DNA of 58,834 nucleotides from the IMG/VR virus record IMGVR_UViG_3300025645_000083, positions 1-58,834 of that record. One strand, written 5' to 3'. The DNA comes from a virus. Its lineage: Duplodnaviria; Caudoviricetes. Positions 36,901-48,000 of the stretch are shown here, piece by piece; position 1 is the stretch's first letter, and each line of letters opens with the position of its first letter. The notes below the pieces were generated by a model. It did no database searches. It saw only the letters and a list, made by a program, of their open reading frames with translations, and was not told the origin of the DNA. Made by a program: the position numbers and the translations under genes.

Positions 36901-39068
36901 GTGGTAATTTAAATGTTCAGGAAATTAAAGAAGAGAATGGCGCTATACCTGAAAACAATGTAATGCAATTTCCATTTATTAATGGAAGTATGGGTAAGGT
37001 TGACTTAATGGTTACAAATGAGCACGGCACTTTAGTTAGAGCTAGTGACAAGTCTGATCATCCTGACTTTGAAGGATTACAAATAGATGTAATAGGTGTT
37101 CAAGATGATAATACAAACCCGGTTCCTTATAAAGGCGGAGTGTTTTTAAACATTCCTAAGGCTAATGGTGATCCTTTTCCATTGAAACTTAATCTTAGAA
37201 AGCCTAATATAGCAGAGTCTACTTTTGTAGCAGATATATTGATAGCTATTATGCTTAAAAAGATTGGAAAAGAAGCATTATTAAGTAGTGATGCTGATTT
37301 ATTCAAAACATTTAAAGAAGATCATCCTAATGAATTTGCTGTACTAGGTAAAGATGCTAAAGTTATGGATGTAGCTAAGCTATTTGTTCATATGACATCT
37401 GAAACTGCAGGTAAAGCCACACATTTACATTTAAGTGGTGAATGGATTAGATATGGTTTAGACCCTGATACTGAAGGTGGTTTTAAAGGTATTGTTACAC
37501 CTGATAATGTTGGTGATAATAGAGAAGCTTTAATAGGCTTTATAATGAATGAGAAGAGACGTCAGCTGAATCTTAATCAATGGAACCATGGTAGTTATGG
37601 AGCTAAGTACAGAGAAATGATGCTTAACACTGTTATATCTACTGATGCTGTTGTTGGGTCTGAAAATACTACTTTCTCAGAGAATGAAACTATTGGTCGT
37701 GAAAATGAACTAGGAGCATTCAAGTCTGATATTATGTTCAAGGTACCTGACGGAACTCCTGAGGCAACAAAGGTTGTGCCTAAGAACCCAACAGCTGTTA
37801 ATAAGAAAGTTTCCGAAAGAGAAGCTCTATCTAACAAGGCTGGTGTAGTTAATGAAAGAGAAAAAGGCTTTGCCGGTGTATTCTTTGATAAACAAAGAAA
37901 TAGAATTCCTGTATACGGAAAGAATGAAGCACATGTTAAAGAACTTATTAAAGCTAGATATGATGCAGAGAGATTAGATGCTCCTGCTCAGAAAGCTGCA
38001 ACTGTCATTAAAGAAGTTCCCGATAGTGAAACTGATGAGAGCTTATATGAGAGAGCTAAGAAAATAGTCATTGATGCCGCTAGTGCTAGTGCATCTCTAA
38101 TTCAGAGAAAACTACAAATAGGATACGAGCAAGCTGGTAGAATAATGGATCTTCTTGAAAAAAGAGGTATTGTTTCTAAGTTTGATGGGGCTAAAGGTAG
38201 AACAGTAGTTGGTAATTTAGATGTGGCAAATGATGCAAGAGATTCTGAGTTAGATAAATTTAAAAAAGCTAAAGAAGATAGAGCTAAAGTTGAAATAGAT
38301 AAAATAGAAGCTGAAAGAAAAGCTGAGTTAAAACAATATCCTTACTATATAATTGTAAAGGATAGTGATGCAAGTATGCCGAATTCAAAGCATTATAGCT
38401 TGATGAGTACTTCTGACAATCATAGACCAGATACAACTCCAACTTATAGTTCATTAGAAGCTGGTAATTTCTCGTATGAACCAAAATTTTCTCCTTATCT
38501 AAAAAATAAAGAAGAATTTAATAAAGCAATTAGTTCTAAAACAATTAAAAAAATAAATGAAATCAATACTAAGTATGATGCTAAAATAGCTGCTTTAGAA
38601 CCAACACAACAAACTAGTGGGGTTGTTAAAGAGTCTCCTGAATATGAAGGATTTGATGAATCTTTTGATGGATTCGCTGCAGAAAGAGCTAAAAGTAATG
38701 AACCAATATCAAATGATATCTGGAAGAAGTTTGTAGACAATGGCACCGTATCTAAAATGCAGTTAAATAAGATTGCTAATAAAATTATGTCGAATGATTT
38801 GCTTTCTACCAGAGAAAAGGCTATATTTACAGACAAGACTGCTGAGGTTAATAAAATACTAGTTGATCTTAAAGCAAAAGATGAAGTAATAGCTAGAAAC
38901 AAGATGGCAGAAAGAGAGATGAAGATTAAGCAAACAAATATTGAGTTTGAGTCTGCTAATGAAGCTAAACAAGCTGAAGAAATAAGTAAAGAAAGAAAAA
39001 TTAAAGAAGAAGATCCTAATAAAGACGAAGGTTTCACTGAACAAGGTGAGTGGGATTGTATATTATAA
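33936..39068 (+). CDS. Large cargo protein (RNAP-associated) with an FtsK-gamma-like insert
   Basis: ELQSGWQQ, SEGAEESYQY and AFFGGLGG motifs, coiled coils; lies directly before the RNAP. Confidence 0.75.
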   Translation: MAETQNNQDFAGTPDAIVVENEFTELDKTEPVKDTADISIVDTDPVEVEKTDPKDDEISIVDDGPSIMEDNRYEGLDVEDYTDYLGSTIFMPTGGVEELNRRRGELQSGWQQAGNMIGQAVVGEIIGGTVEGLGYLLDLGSVMDYMTGNETEWGNFMTDAGKGLRTWGQDAMAIHQKAPGKFDPSDSGWWFSNGVSVASTLSMLIPSMAATKALGFLGKGASKLGGKFSRVLDVAENMGKKSTWMTEGISQAVVSRHIENSMEASGTFESKREELLNKIDKETGLPFTEEKATQIASTAASDNYNKGWAMLLQDIPQYLALGKIFNPHTSRMENALSKASSRGLGVKMKPWMQKVSGGVGTFVSEGAEESYQYLIAENAKAMADLNAGIITREKYDEIMEDAMGSDEMKTSAFFGGLGGNLFHFAGKGLSELKKGKKKRTFEKEYEKTYATTLNDRARNFMSMQQKLSDADNNNNLEAREMVLDEMMLMMTTDSLHRGKFDQHIEALEGIASMTKEEAAALKEQGGSDFNLELAKKNIPSVIKKSEEMRMDYLKFSNKYDANIAAKMAQNNYRTKRFVENSAKMDEKIQKVTYGVPNASAISTTQMEKIEGLMKVKALTQMNETFKKQLEQEGVSELRKPHIEKLIKDNEKRIAKMTLDYQAIKGDDPRDAEQKRKDARLAQGFDEDVTAELTEAYMIKERNNAEISLNQSENGDIRKESYRKGLKKQELTHRVNTPLETEEQGQELQKEIEESDFLTKDEKIKNAAVVNENIEELANEEAVAREYANDDAREAERLAEEAARSANTTTVSNANKASVADNIEDEHAEDSTNVTKTTKSQEKGKDRAINTDKVSSNIKVPLYANLNGPGWKDWVFNGKDKTGAKDGKPVLLDYVVGTPGGIHSKLGQQAIEIFNKAKKNPKIKLTAEEKDILFNHLPIKIQLTDDIWSHIPAYSKTNAFYKTNELPKRENIIRQMFLGNTQTQVTHQFGGNLNVQEIKEENGAIPENNVMQFPFINGSMGKVDLMVTNEHGTLVRASDKSDHPDFEGLQIDVIGVQDDNTNPVPYKGGVFLNIPKANGDPFPLKLNLRKPNIAESTFVADILIAIMLKKIGKEALLSSDADLFKTFKEDHPNEFAVLGKDAKVMDVAKLFVHMTSETAGKATHLHLSGEWIRYGLDPDTEGGFKGIVTPDNVGDNREALIGFIMNEKRRQLNLNQWNHGSYGAKYREMMLNTVISTDAVVGSENTTFSENETIGRENELGAFKSDIMFKVPDGTPEATKVVPKNPTAVNKKVSEREALSNKAGVVNEREKGFAGVFFDKQRNRIPVYGKNEAHVKELIKARYDAERLDAPAQKAATVIKEVPDSETDESLYERAKKIVIDAASASASLIQRKLQIGYEQAGRIMDLLEKRGIVSKFDGAKGRTVVGNLDVANDARDSELDKFKKAKEDRAKVEIDKIEAERKAELKQYPYYIIVKDSDASMPNSKHYSLMSTSDNHRPDTTPTYSSLEAGNFSYEPKFSPYLKNKEEFNKAISSKTIKKINEINTKYDAKIAALEPTQQTSGVVKESPEYEGFDESFDGFAAERAKSNEPISNDIWKKFVDNGTVSKMQLNKIANKIMSNDLLSTREKAIFTDKTAEVNKILVDLKAKDEVIARNKMAEREMKIKQTNIEFESANEAKQAEEISKERKIKEEDPNKDEGFTEQGEWDCIL

Positions 39069-39093
39069 ACAAATTTAAACGCTATAAAAACAA

Positions 39094-42000
39094 ATGGGTA
39101 ATAAATCGAATTGTATAGGCGCCATGAAATTTGAAGAGAAGTTGGTTGATGTTCTAGGTACACTAGAGTTAGCTAATGCAGAGGCACGTAAAATTGCATC
39201 TGACGAATTCAAAGAAGTATTTGGTGACTGGGAAGGAAACAAAGAAGCAAACTGGGTTGATAAGTACGGTGCTTTAAGACAGGATGACAATGGTTATCCT
39301 AAATTATACAAGTCTGGTAATGAACACTACTACAAACTTGCAGACGGGAAGAAACATTTTTTAAATAAAATTAAGTTTCCTGAAATAGATCCTGATGATG
39401 TTTACGAAATTACTAATCAACTTAAGTATGAATTATTCTCAACTAAAGAAGGGTTTGATTTCAATAACATTGATGAGATTAAGGGTCTTAAAATAGGTGA
39501 ATCAATACAATCTAGTATTGACTCTTACAGGTCAGAGAATGCAGGAGATCCTGACGCAATACAACGGGCAGATCTAGTCCAAAAATACAAAGAAGATTTT
39601 ATAATTGAAGTAAGAACTCAGATAGAAGACATGGGTCTTACATCTAGCAAGCGTATTAAAGCAGGAGCTAGAAAAGATCAGATTCAAGATCTTACTGATG
39701 AGCAGGGTAATCCTGAAAGTGAAATATCTGAAGAGGATAAATCTACTGGTATGAACTTTGCTGAAAACTTCACAAAGAACTCTAAAGATAGCGCATCTGT
39801 AAATGTAAAATTATTATTATCTACCGTATTAGATTCAGAAGTTGTTGTTAGAAAGAATGCTGACGGCAGTGTATATATAAATAATAATGGCAAGACTGAA
39901 GCTAAACTTGATACTGTTTCAGGTAGGTTTCTAGGTAAGCCTCAATTTGTTGAATTCGATGATGTATGGACTACATTGGAGCCTATGTTATCTGATTTAG
40001 TAAACTTTAACTTAGGTGGAGATGTTCAAGACGTATTTGACCTTATGGTTGAGAAAATTGATGGATTAAAATTAGTTAAGCCATGGACTAAGGGATTAGC
40101 TGATAGGTTAAGAGAGTTAAACACTTCTGATAAGATTGGTGAGAGAAACAAAATCACTGAATTCTTTCAAGCGTTTTCAAAAGCAAGCCTTACATATTAT
40201 GTAACTGAAGTTGATGGTAGAAATATTAAAGTAATCAACGCTTCTGCTACTAACTCTAGAACTAGTAAGCTTAAAGGTGAATGGGGACGTGGATTTAGAA
40301 AAAAGTTCTTAACCAATAAGGGTAAGATGAAAAAGGCTCTTGATGTAGATCAAATTTCAGATCTAATTACCGAGTCTAAGAATAAGTTTATTAAACAAGC
40401 TGGTACTAGAGGTACTGCTGCTTCTCAAATAAAAAGTATTAGTGAGAATCTACCTATATTAATGCAAGCTATGAACGCTCTTGGTATTAATGTTAATAGC
40501 CTTGACATGCGTAATTTTATACTTCAAGTTGCTGATCCTAAAAAGAGATATGGAGAAGTAAAAGCATTGTATGAAGGAATGGAGGAAACTATGAAGCATA
40601 TAAAAGATGAGAAATCTCCTTTTGTAACTACTGTTGGTGAATTCAAAAATCCATTTGACTTTCAGAAAGTATTAAGTAGAGTTGCTGGTGCTCAAGCATT
40701 AAGTGCTATACAATTATCTGAGAATACAATAGTAGGTAATGAAGGTAAGACATATTGGACCTATTCTTCTTTAAGCTATTTACATAACAAAATAAATGCC
40801 TGGAAACAGCAAGCTGGAGATGATAGTACAATTGATATCAAAGAACTAGCTGGTCAAACATATAACAAAAACTCTAGATGGTTGAAGTTCTTATTAGCTT
40901 CTGACATAGTTAATGACAGTGAAAGAGAAGCAAAATCATTAGAAAGAATAAAATCTGTTGAAATAAGTCTATCTAGTTCTATTAAATCTAAAAATAAGAA
41001 TGATGGTGTTGACAATACCAAGATAACAATTGCTGATGCTATTAATGATAGTATGGTAAAGATTCTTGGTAAGAAAGGTACATTACAAAAATCTATCTTT
41101 CCTACTATTGTTCCAGCGGACAAGTCCCGTAAGATGGATATTGGTGGATTTGACATGCATCAAACTGGGATAGTATATACTAAAGGGAAGGGTGTGAGCA
41201 TTGATAATGCTACTATTGAAATCTTTGTAGACTATTTTGAAGATGAGTATAACAGAATGTCTGAGGCAGCTGATGAGATAGCTAACTTACCTGATTCAGA
41301 AAAGATAGAGCACTATCATACTAAAAGCATGAATGCGCTTAAGTCTCAACTATTTCCAGAATTTAATCCTTCTGAAGCTGAGCCTAAACTTAAGGCCATC
41401 TTATATGATAAGAATGGACATCCTAAGAAGTCTACAATGACTGGTTTAACTAGTTCTCAAAAAGAAGCATTAAAGCCATTTGTTGAACAAGCTATTAAAG
41501 ACAGGATGAAAGAAACTCTTGTTGAATTAAGAACAAATAGAATCATAGAAGTAAATCCTAAAGCAAAAGGCGAATTGAAACCACTTACTATTGATAACAC
41601 CTTGATGGAAAGTTATGGGACACAAGAATCTCCTATTCACACTATGGTAGGTGACTATGTTGTAAATGGATTAATATCTACAATTGAATATACTAAGTTA
41701 TTTTCAGGTGACCAAGCTTATTACAAGAATCAAAGTGATTTAATTAAGCGTGTACCTGCTACATATACTGATGGACTACAATTAAGACTTAGTAAGAATG
41801 ATCACAAGTACTTTAACCAGGCTACTGTTAATGGAGTCGAGGTTGCTTCTTCTTATATTAAGGAGATTCAAGATTCACTTACTGACAAAAGCTTAATAGA
41901 GGCATATAAGAACATTAACACTACTGATGCTCAAGCATGGATAACTCCTCATAGATGGAAGTTTCTTAAAGAGAGATTAGGTAAATGGGGTGCTCAGCAT

Positions 42001-45000
42001 GAAAAGGTATTTGATAAGATGATGGCAGGTAAAGAGTTAGAGCCTAAGGAGCTTAAACTTGCTGCACAACCACTTAAGGGTGTATACTTTGAAATTAATG
42101 AGGGACGTCCCGTATATTTGAAATATTCTCAAGCTGTACTAGTTCCTAGTTTAGTCAAAAATACTCCAATGCAGAAGATGTATGATAAGATGACTATTGA
42201 TCCTGCAACTAAGAAGCCTTATGAGAATAAGAAAGATGAACTTCATGAGGTTATTACTCGAGATGGTGTAAAAGTTGGAGCAAAGGGTATTACAGATATA
42301 CATAAGCCAGGTACACTGGAATTAATGGATGAATTCGAACTTAATTCAACACCTTTACTTAATGGTGGATGGAAGTTACAACAAGATTTACCTACTAAAC
42401 TTATACATGATACTTTAACTGGATCTCAAATTCAGAAAAATATATTAGCTGGTATTGATTTAACATCCGGTGATGCTAATTATGAGTTGAATGGTGAACC
42501 TAAGACTGGTGGAGAAATTATGGAGTTAATTCATGATACTATTGGTTCTTTAGTTAGCGAAGGCAGAGCCTCACTGCAAGAAAGGTTTGGAATAGGAGAA
42601 GATAATAAGATTACTGACATGACTGGAGTCTATGATGCGCTAATTGATGAATTTAAATCAAGAGGTGGAGATGAAAATATCATCTCAGCATTAGAGAAGG
42701 AAATGAGATTTGATGCAATACCTCAATTATCAGGTAGAGTGCAGAGCATCTTTATGTCTATTTTTAACAAAGAACTTGTTAAAGTTAAAACCAATGGCGG
42801 TAGTTTTATTCAGGTATCTCCATTTGGACTTGAGTCTGTACAAGAAATTGTAAAAGATTCGTCCGGTAAAGGACCAGCTAAAGTACTTAGATCAGGTATA
42901 AAAATAGTTAGTGATAACTACGATGGTAAAGGTTTAAAACCACCACGTATAGAAAATGGTAAAGTATTGCCAGGACAAGCTATGTTGCCTTACAGTGCAA
43001 TAAGAGCTACAATTGATAAGCATAATAGATCATTAGAGAAAGGTGATCTTAACAAGATTGAGGATCACCCAGACTTTATCAAGCCATGGAACATGACGGC
43101 TGAGAAGCTTAAAGAAATCTTAGACCCTAGCGCTCTACAAATGGTTTCATATAGGATACCTAATCAAGGTATGAGTTCGAATGATGCTTTAGAAATTGTA
43201 GGTATACTTCCTCCAGAGCTTGGAGATAGTATAATTGCTTACGATGCGGTGCCAGGTAAGACAGGTTCAGATTTTGATATTGATAAGATGTATGTTATGA
43301 CTCATCACCTTGAGGTGAAAGATGGTAAAATACAGAAAATACCAAGTAATACTGATTCTAAGAAAGGTAAACAGAACATGTTAGTAGATTTATATTCTAG
43401 TGTGTTGTTGTCACCTCATACCTATGATGCAATGATGACTTCAATTGACGCAGGTTTCTTGAAAGATGACATGCAGGATCTTTTTCCTGCACCAGAAATG
43501 AAGTCTCTTCAGTTTATGAGCCCTATACAACAAATTAAAACTAAGTTTCAATACTTAAGTGGTAAGTTTGGTGTAGCTATGATTGCTAATCAATTAGTTG
43601 ATCACGCTTCTAATCAGAGTTTAAATATAAGTCTTCAAGGTTATTTAGGCATTGGACATAAAGATTCTAAAGGTCATACTAAATTTGATAGAACACACGA
43701 TACAAATGGTAAGAATAGTGTTAGTGATGTGTTATCTGCATTCTTGAATGCATATGTTGATATAGCTAAAGATCCTTATATATCTAGAGGTAATCATAAT
43801 ATAACTACATCCAATGTAACATCTATGCTTATACGCGCAGGTGCCCCTATATCATGGGTTAATAGACTTATAGGACAGCCTATACTTAAAGATCTTGTTG
43901 AGATAATCAACATGTCTGAAGGTAAGACTGCTCAAAGACTAGTATTCCAAAAAGATGGTAAAGGAAAGACTGTTACTCCTTATGAGTATGTAAGATTAAA
44001 GTATAAAGTGAATGAGTCTGAGGCTAACGAGATAGATGTAGCTGGTTTAAGTGAGTCTAAAATGGAGGCTGCTATAAGAAGAACAGGACCATTAACTACT
44101 GAACAGAAAATTGAACAAGGTAAGATATTAGATATATTTGAGTTCTTACAAGATCATTCTAAATCTTTTAGCGCTTCTGTTAACGCGGCAAAAGCTGATA
44201 CCAAAGGTAACGGAGGTGGAGTTGTAGCTAGACAGATTGCTGAGAACAAAGTTAACGAGGTTCTTAATTCTGGAAGAATACTAGGATTTGAAACTAAAGG
44301 ATTCACTGGTAAGCATCTTAATGAAACAATGATGGGTCATTATTACAAACAAGCAGTATTGTGGGTTGGTGATATATTACAAGCTAGTGATTTATTCTTA
44401 GTTGGTAAGAATGAGGTATTAAGTGCTTTCAATGAGATATCTATAACGCTTGGAAAAGGAGTATTAAAAGACCCAGAGCTTGGAAGAGTTTTAGAAGCTT
44501 CTTTTAGAAGTTATTCTATGTCAGGATTATCTGTGTTTAAGAACAACAATGCTGATCATGATTACTTATTTAAACAATTACCTGAAAAGATACATGCTTT
44601 AAAAGAGGCTGGTTCTACTAATTTTCTAGTTAAGGAATTAAGAATAGACTCTTCTGGAGGATATGAATTCTTAGGTATAGATTCTAGAGCTGCAACTAAG
44701 AGTTTTAATAATAAAATGTACAGAGCATGGTCTAGGTTACTTAATTCTTCTGATCCAAGTGAGAAAGAACTTGGAATAGATTTGATAAGATACGCTTACT
44801 CCCAGTCAGGGTTTAACAATAATCTTAATCAATTCTTTGCTCACATACCTCATAACTTTTTTGCGGAGAATGGTATTAATAGAGAGATTGATGAGATGTT
44901 TAGAACTGCTGACAAGATTGTTGGAGGTGAGGATTTTCAAGACCAAATGATAAGACATCAGTGGGATAACAAGACTATTGGGTACAAGCTAGTTCCTGAA

Positions 45001-48000
45001 TTAAGATTTGATAGAGTTAAAGGATTTGGAGGAACATATAGTAATGGAACAGGATTCATAAGTGATGAATCTAAATCATCAATAGCTCTTGAAGAAGACA
45101 AAGATACTGGAATAAAATTATTTCCTAAATTTGTTAAAGTAGATATTAGTGAAAGAGATGCTTCAATGCCAAACTATGCCTTGTTTATCTTTAGAGGAGA
45201 AAAAGAAGGGAATCCTATATACACTCGTACTCATAAGTTAGGACATAAGTCTGGTAAAGGAAGTATCTTTGAATATAATGAAAAGAACACTCCTGCTAAG
45301 TCTGTAATAGAAGGAAACAATATACCTGTTGCTATTAATAAAGAGATTACGAAAGTGATGTCTGAACTTAGAAGTGATCCTTTATTTTGGGAGGGCTCAG
45401 CTACTATCACTAAAGATACAGCTCCTTCTAAGAATGTTCGTGAAATATCTACAATGGTATTAGATCCTAATGATATAACTGCATTTAAAAATTATCTTTC
45501 AAAGTCTGGAGGAAAGTTTCCTAAAACATTCTTTACTAATATGACTAAGTTTGCTGAAATTAAAGATAGCAAAACTGAAGGTAAAGGTAAAATGCTAGAT
45601 AGTCATTTATGGATGATTAATAAGAACGAGAGATATGACATGATTGACCAGATTACTGGTGAGTTCGTAGTAGTTGATGTTGATTTACAAACTGGATTAC
45701 AATACACAGAAGTTAAACTTGATGACTTAAGTGATGGAGTTCAAGAGGAAAGAATGCTATCTAGTAGCAATGATTACCTTCTTGAAGAGCTTAGTGTGTT
45801 TAATGCTAAGATTGCTCATATGCAAAAAAGCATGAATGTAGAAGTTATCATGGATCCTACAATCCCTACTTCAAGGGTATTATCCGCTAATGACCCAAGA
45901 ACTATTGCTGCAGGAAAACCTGTTATACTTATTAATCCAAAAGCTGTATTCAAGACGACTGCAATACATGAGTTTGCTCACGTTTTCATTGATGCATTTC
46001 CAGGTGGACTTAAAAATAAAAGGCTTCAGAGAGCTTTAAAAGACCTTGAAGGAACTGCTTTATATGACGAAGTTAAGGAAGCGTATCCTGAATTAGATAA
46101 TGAAATGTTCCAGAAAGAACTTTTAGCTACTGCAATTGGTAGAGAGGGTGCTGATATATGGGATAGTAAAGAAAAAGAGAGTATGTGGACAGCATTCAAG
46201 GATTGGTTCTTTGACTTCTTACGCAGAACTTTTAACTTGAAACAAAGTGAGGTTACAAGTCTTACTAAAGAGTTATTGAGTAATACTGTTAAGTCTGATT
46301 TATTAGATAATTTATCTAATTTTGCTCAGCAAGAAAAGAACTTTGGACAGAAAAAGAAAGATCCAGAAGCGGTAATTTTAGATAATACATATGAGCAAAT
46401 CATATCGTCTATATCTAACTTAAGACAAGCTATTGAGCCTCGTACTAAGAATGAAATTGCTGCTGAAGAGCTCAAAAAAGCTGGTCTAGATAAAGGTGAG
46501 AAAACTAAATTTCAAGAAGTTAAAGACTTAGATAAGAAATTGACTGAAGAGATGGATAAGCTTAATAATACAGCTAACGCTAGAGCTATGATTAGGTATG
46601 TTGACTTCTCTGAGAAGAGTGTCAATCAATATAAAGCTCTTGTTAGTAGATTAGCTGAAAGAGGTAAACTTACACCTGAGGAAATAAAAAACATCAAGTT
46701 CTTTACTTCTGTATTTACTATGATTCCGGATGTTAAGCAATTAATGCTTGAACAGTATAATAAAGGATATCTTAAGAATGATAATGGTCAGAAGAAAAAG
46801 AGAATGGACGTATTGGATAAGATTATTGCTGATTATGATACTTTAAATCAAGAGATGCTAGGTGTTTCTAGAAGAATCTATGCTAAAACAATGGTAGATA
46901 ATTCTAATGAACATGTTACAGTATGGAGAACTAAGTATGAAAAAGAATATGCTGAGTTAGAAGCTAAGAATTCTAAGCCTGATGAAAGTATTCATGTTTG
47001 GGTTAATGAAAAGATGATAGCTAATGCTGATACAATACAAGCAGAAGCATTCGAATTCTATGAAGAACAAGCTAAAAAGAGTTTGTCTGATATACACGCG
47101 TCAACAGGTTGGTTAGTTTCTGAAAAGAATATTGCTAATGCTGAGATTCAAACAGTATCTGCAATGATAGATGCTGCAGATTTCGAAGTTGATAGATGGG
47201 TCCAGTCTCAAGCTAAATTAGTTGAAGAAGCTTATGAGAATTTCTCTAAAGCATACCCTAGTTCAATTGGAAGCGAAGAGAGATATAGAAAATTTATTGA
47301 TCAAACTGATGAGGGCTCGTATTTAATATCTGAATATAACCCAGGTTTCCTATCTAAATACTATGAGGCTAACTCGTGGATGAACAGGTCTGTATATGAG
47401 GAGAAATTTAAAGGAATAGAGATATCAGAAGATGGCTCATACACATTGAATGGAGAAAAGAAAAGCCTTCATTTACCAAGTAATGGATTAAAGGTAGAAG
47501 GTACTCATGTGTTTTATACCGAAGCTGGAATAGTTTACTCAATGACCTTGGAAGAGGCCATAGGAAAGACTGAGCGTGCTAACTGGATTGAAGCTAATAC
47601 TGATTCTAAAAAGACTACATATGGTCTAGATATTAAACCTAAAAAGAAACTTTGGTCTAATAAGGCTTATGATGCTTTATCTGTAAAAGATAGAGAACAT
47701 CTTAAGGCTATGAAGAAGATGATAGTTGATGCTAATGTATTGACTGGAGGTAAGCAGAGTTTAATAGAGAAAGCAGGCGTGGTAGACTTTTATAGATTAC
47801 CAGGTATAACTAGATCTAGTCAAGCTCGAGCTATTGCAGGTGATTTAAAATCTCTTGTTAGTGACAGTGTGACTGACATGTTTAAGAAGAAAGAAGATGA
47901 ATTCGAATTAGAAGATACAGGAACTAAAGCTGAAAATAAAGGAAAAGATTCTATTAAAAGAATGGCTGACTTAACTAATAAGCAGAAGTTTGATGTGCCT

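Noticed and set aside
38367-38384. DASMPN hexapeptide shared with the RNAP (45157-45174)
   Set aside because: Only two short copies with unrelated flanks; cannot be told apart from chance without orthologue alignments.
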